Assembly: GCA_951406725.2 (NCBI GenBank)
Contig: OX597832.1
Span: forward strand, 44,454,001 to 44,518,000
Length of the DNA: 64,000 nt
Origin: Octopus vulgaris
Taxonomy: Eukaryota
Direction of reading: 5' to 3'
Part shown: positions 62,863 through 64,000 of the stretch, in pieces
Position numbering within the stretch: position 1 is the stretch's first letter
Layout of the letters: each line of letters opens with the position of its first letter
Position numbers and translations under genes: made by a program
The notes under the pieces: model-generated
What the model was told of the DNA's origin: nothing
The model's database searches: none
What the model saw: the letters and a program-made list of their open reading frames with translations, nothing else

Positions 62863-64000
62863 ATTGTATACGATAGTGTCTAGAGAATATAGAATATGAA
62901 GAGAAAATATACAGAATAAATTCTGGCAAATATTTCAGTATATTGTAGAAGACATCTATGAAAGCAATGTCTGAAAGCTCTTCTGTTCAAACTTTAAATT
63001 TAACTTTTACATGAACATATTTTGTACAGTAATACTCAATATGATTTTAAAATAATAAAAAAATTATAAGATTTAATAATATAACCATTTCTTTCTTCCA
63101 TTCTTTATCTGGCATTTGGCACATATCTTAAAATGATGTTGGAAGGTTTTAGTTTAAATACAAACAGTTGAATATTTGAGATTTATCATAAAACCTGAGA
63201 TGGTCTCAGGTCGGAAAAAATTAAGGTTTGACAATATGTTATTTTTAAGATCTTTAATTCACTTTTAAATTATCATGTTAAGATTATTTTTGATAAAGCA
63301 AAATAGATGTAATACATCTGAATGCTAAATGCCTAAATGTCTGAGATGAATGTTGAAGATTATTTTCAATGTGAGGTTTATAGTCCAAAAAGTTATAATC
63401 TTATCTGAATTACATTGATATTCGGTATAGGTGGTTGTCCTCAAAAATAGAAGCTCAAATTGAACTCCGACGTCTGGCAGCTGACTTGGCAGACACCCAT
63501 AAAGTTATTAACCATCTTACAAACAGTAACTCTTTTATTGGCAGAATCTTACATTCTGAGCAAGAAGTAGCTTTCCTCCAAAATACCTATTTCTTTATTA
63601 CCCACAAGGGGCTAAACATAGAGGGGACAAACAAGGACAGACAAACGAATTAAGTCGATTACATCGACCCCAGTGCATAACTGGTACTTAATTTATAGAC
63701 CCCGAAAGGATTTCGCCCGGCATACTAACGGTTCTGCTAGATCGCACACACACACATACACACACACATAAAGGGCTTCTTTCAGTTTCTAGTTGTCAAA
63801 TCCTCTCACAAGGATTTGGTTGGCCTGAGGCTTATAGTATAAAACACTTGCCTAAGGTGCCACACAGTGAGATTGAACCCAGAACCATGAGGTTGGAAAG
63901 CAAACTTCTTACTAGACAGCCATGCCTGTATCTATTTAGTGGATGTGTTATAAATTCCATGTCCCAAACTTTGTTCTGTGTGCAACAGTGTCAATATATG

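Overview
AT-rich, repeat-dense animal genomic DNA. The tRNA-derived SINE families look like those I recall from Octopus genomes, so coleoid cephalopod origin is an inference and was not checked by a search. The window holds a tandem array of serpin (serine protease inhibitor, leukocyte elastase inhibitor/clade B-like) genes, each with one long coding exon. There are 11 minus-strand copies: 6 intact, 4 with frameshifts or stops, and 1 with an in-frame internal deletion. There are also 6 plus-strand pseudogene copies or fragments, five of them head-to-head about 547 bp from a minus-strand copy. The scaffolds are nearly identical, but the reactive centre loop (RCL) is hypervariable, with 8 distinct RCLs and predicted P1 residues C, Y, V, M, F and L. 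The copies show signs of positive selection and gene-conversion shuffling. The array grew through nested ~12-19 kb and ~3/5.5 kb duplications. The intergenic DNA contains Merlin transposase relics and MITEs, Helitrons, solo LTRs, mariner/pogo elements, CR1/RTE fragments and SINEs. It also contains a tRNA-headed element carrying degenerate minimal hammerhead ribozymes in a Penelope-like inverted arrangement, inserted in a probable serpin 3' UTR.
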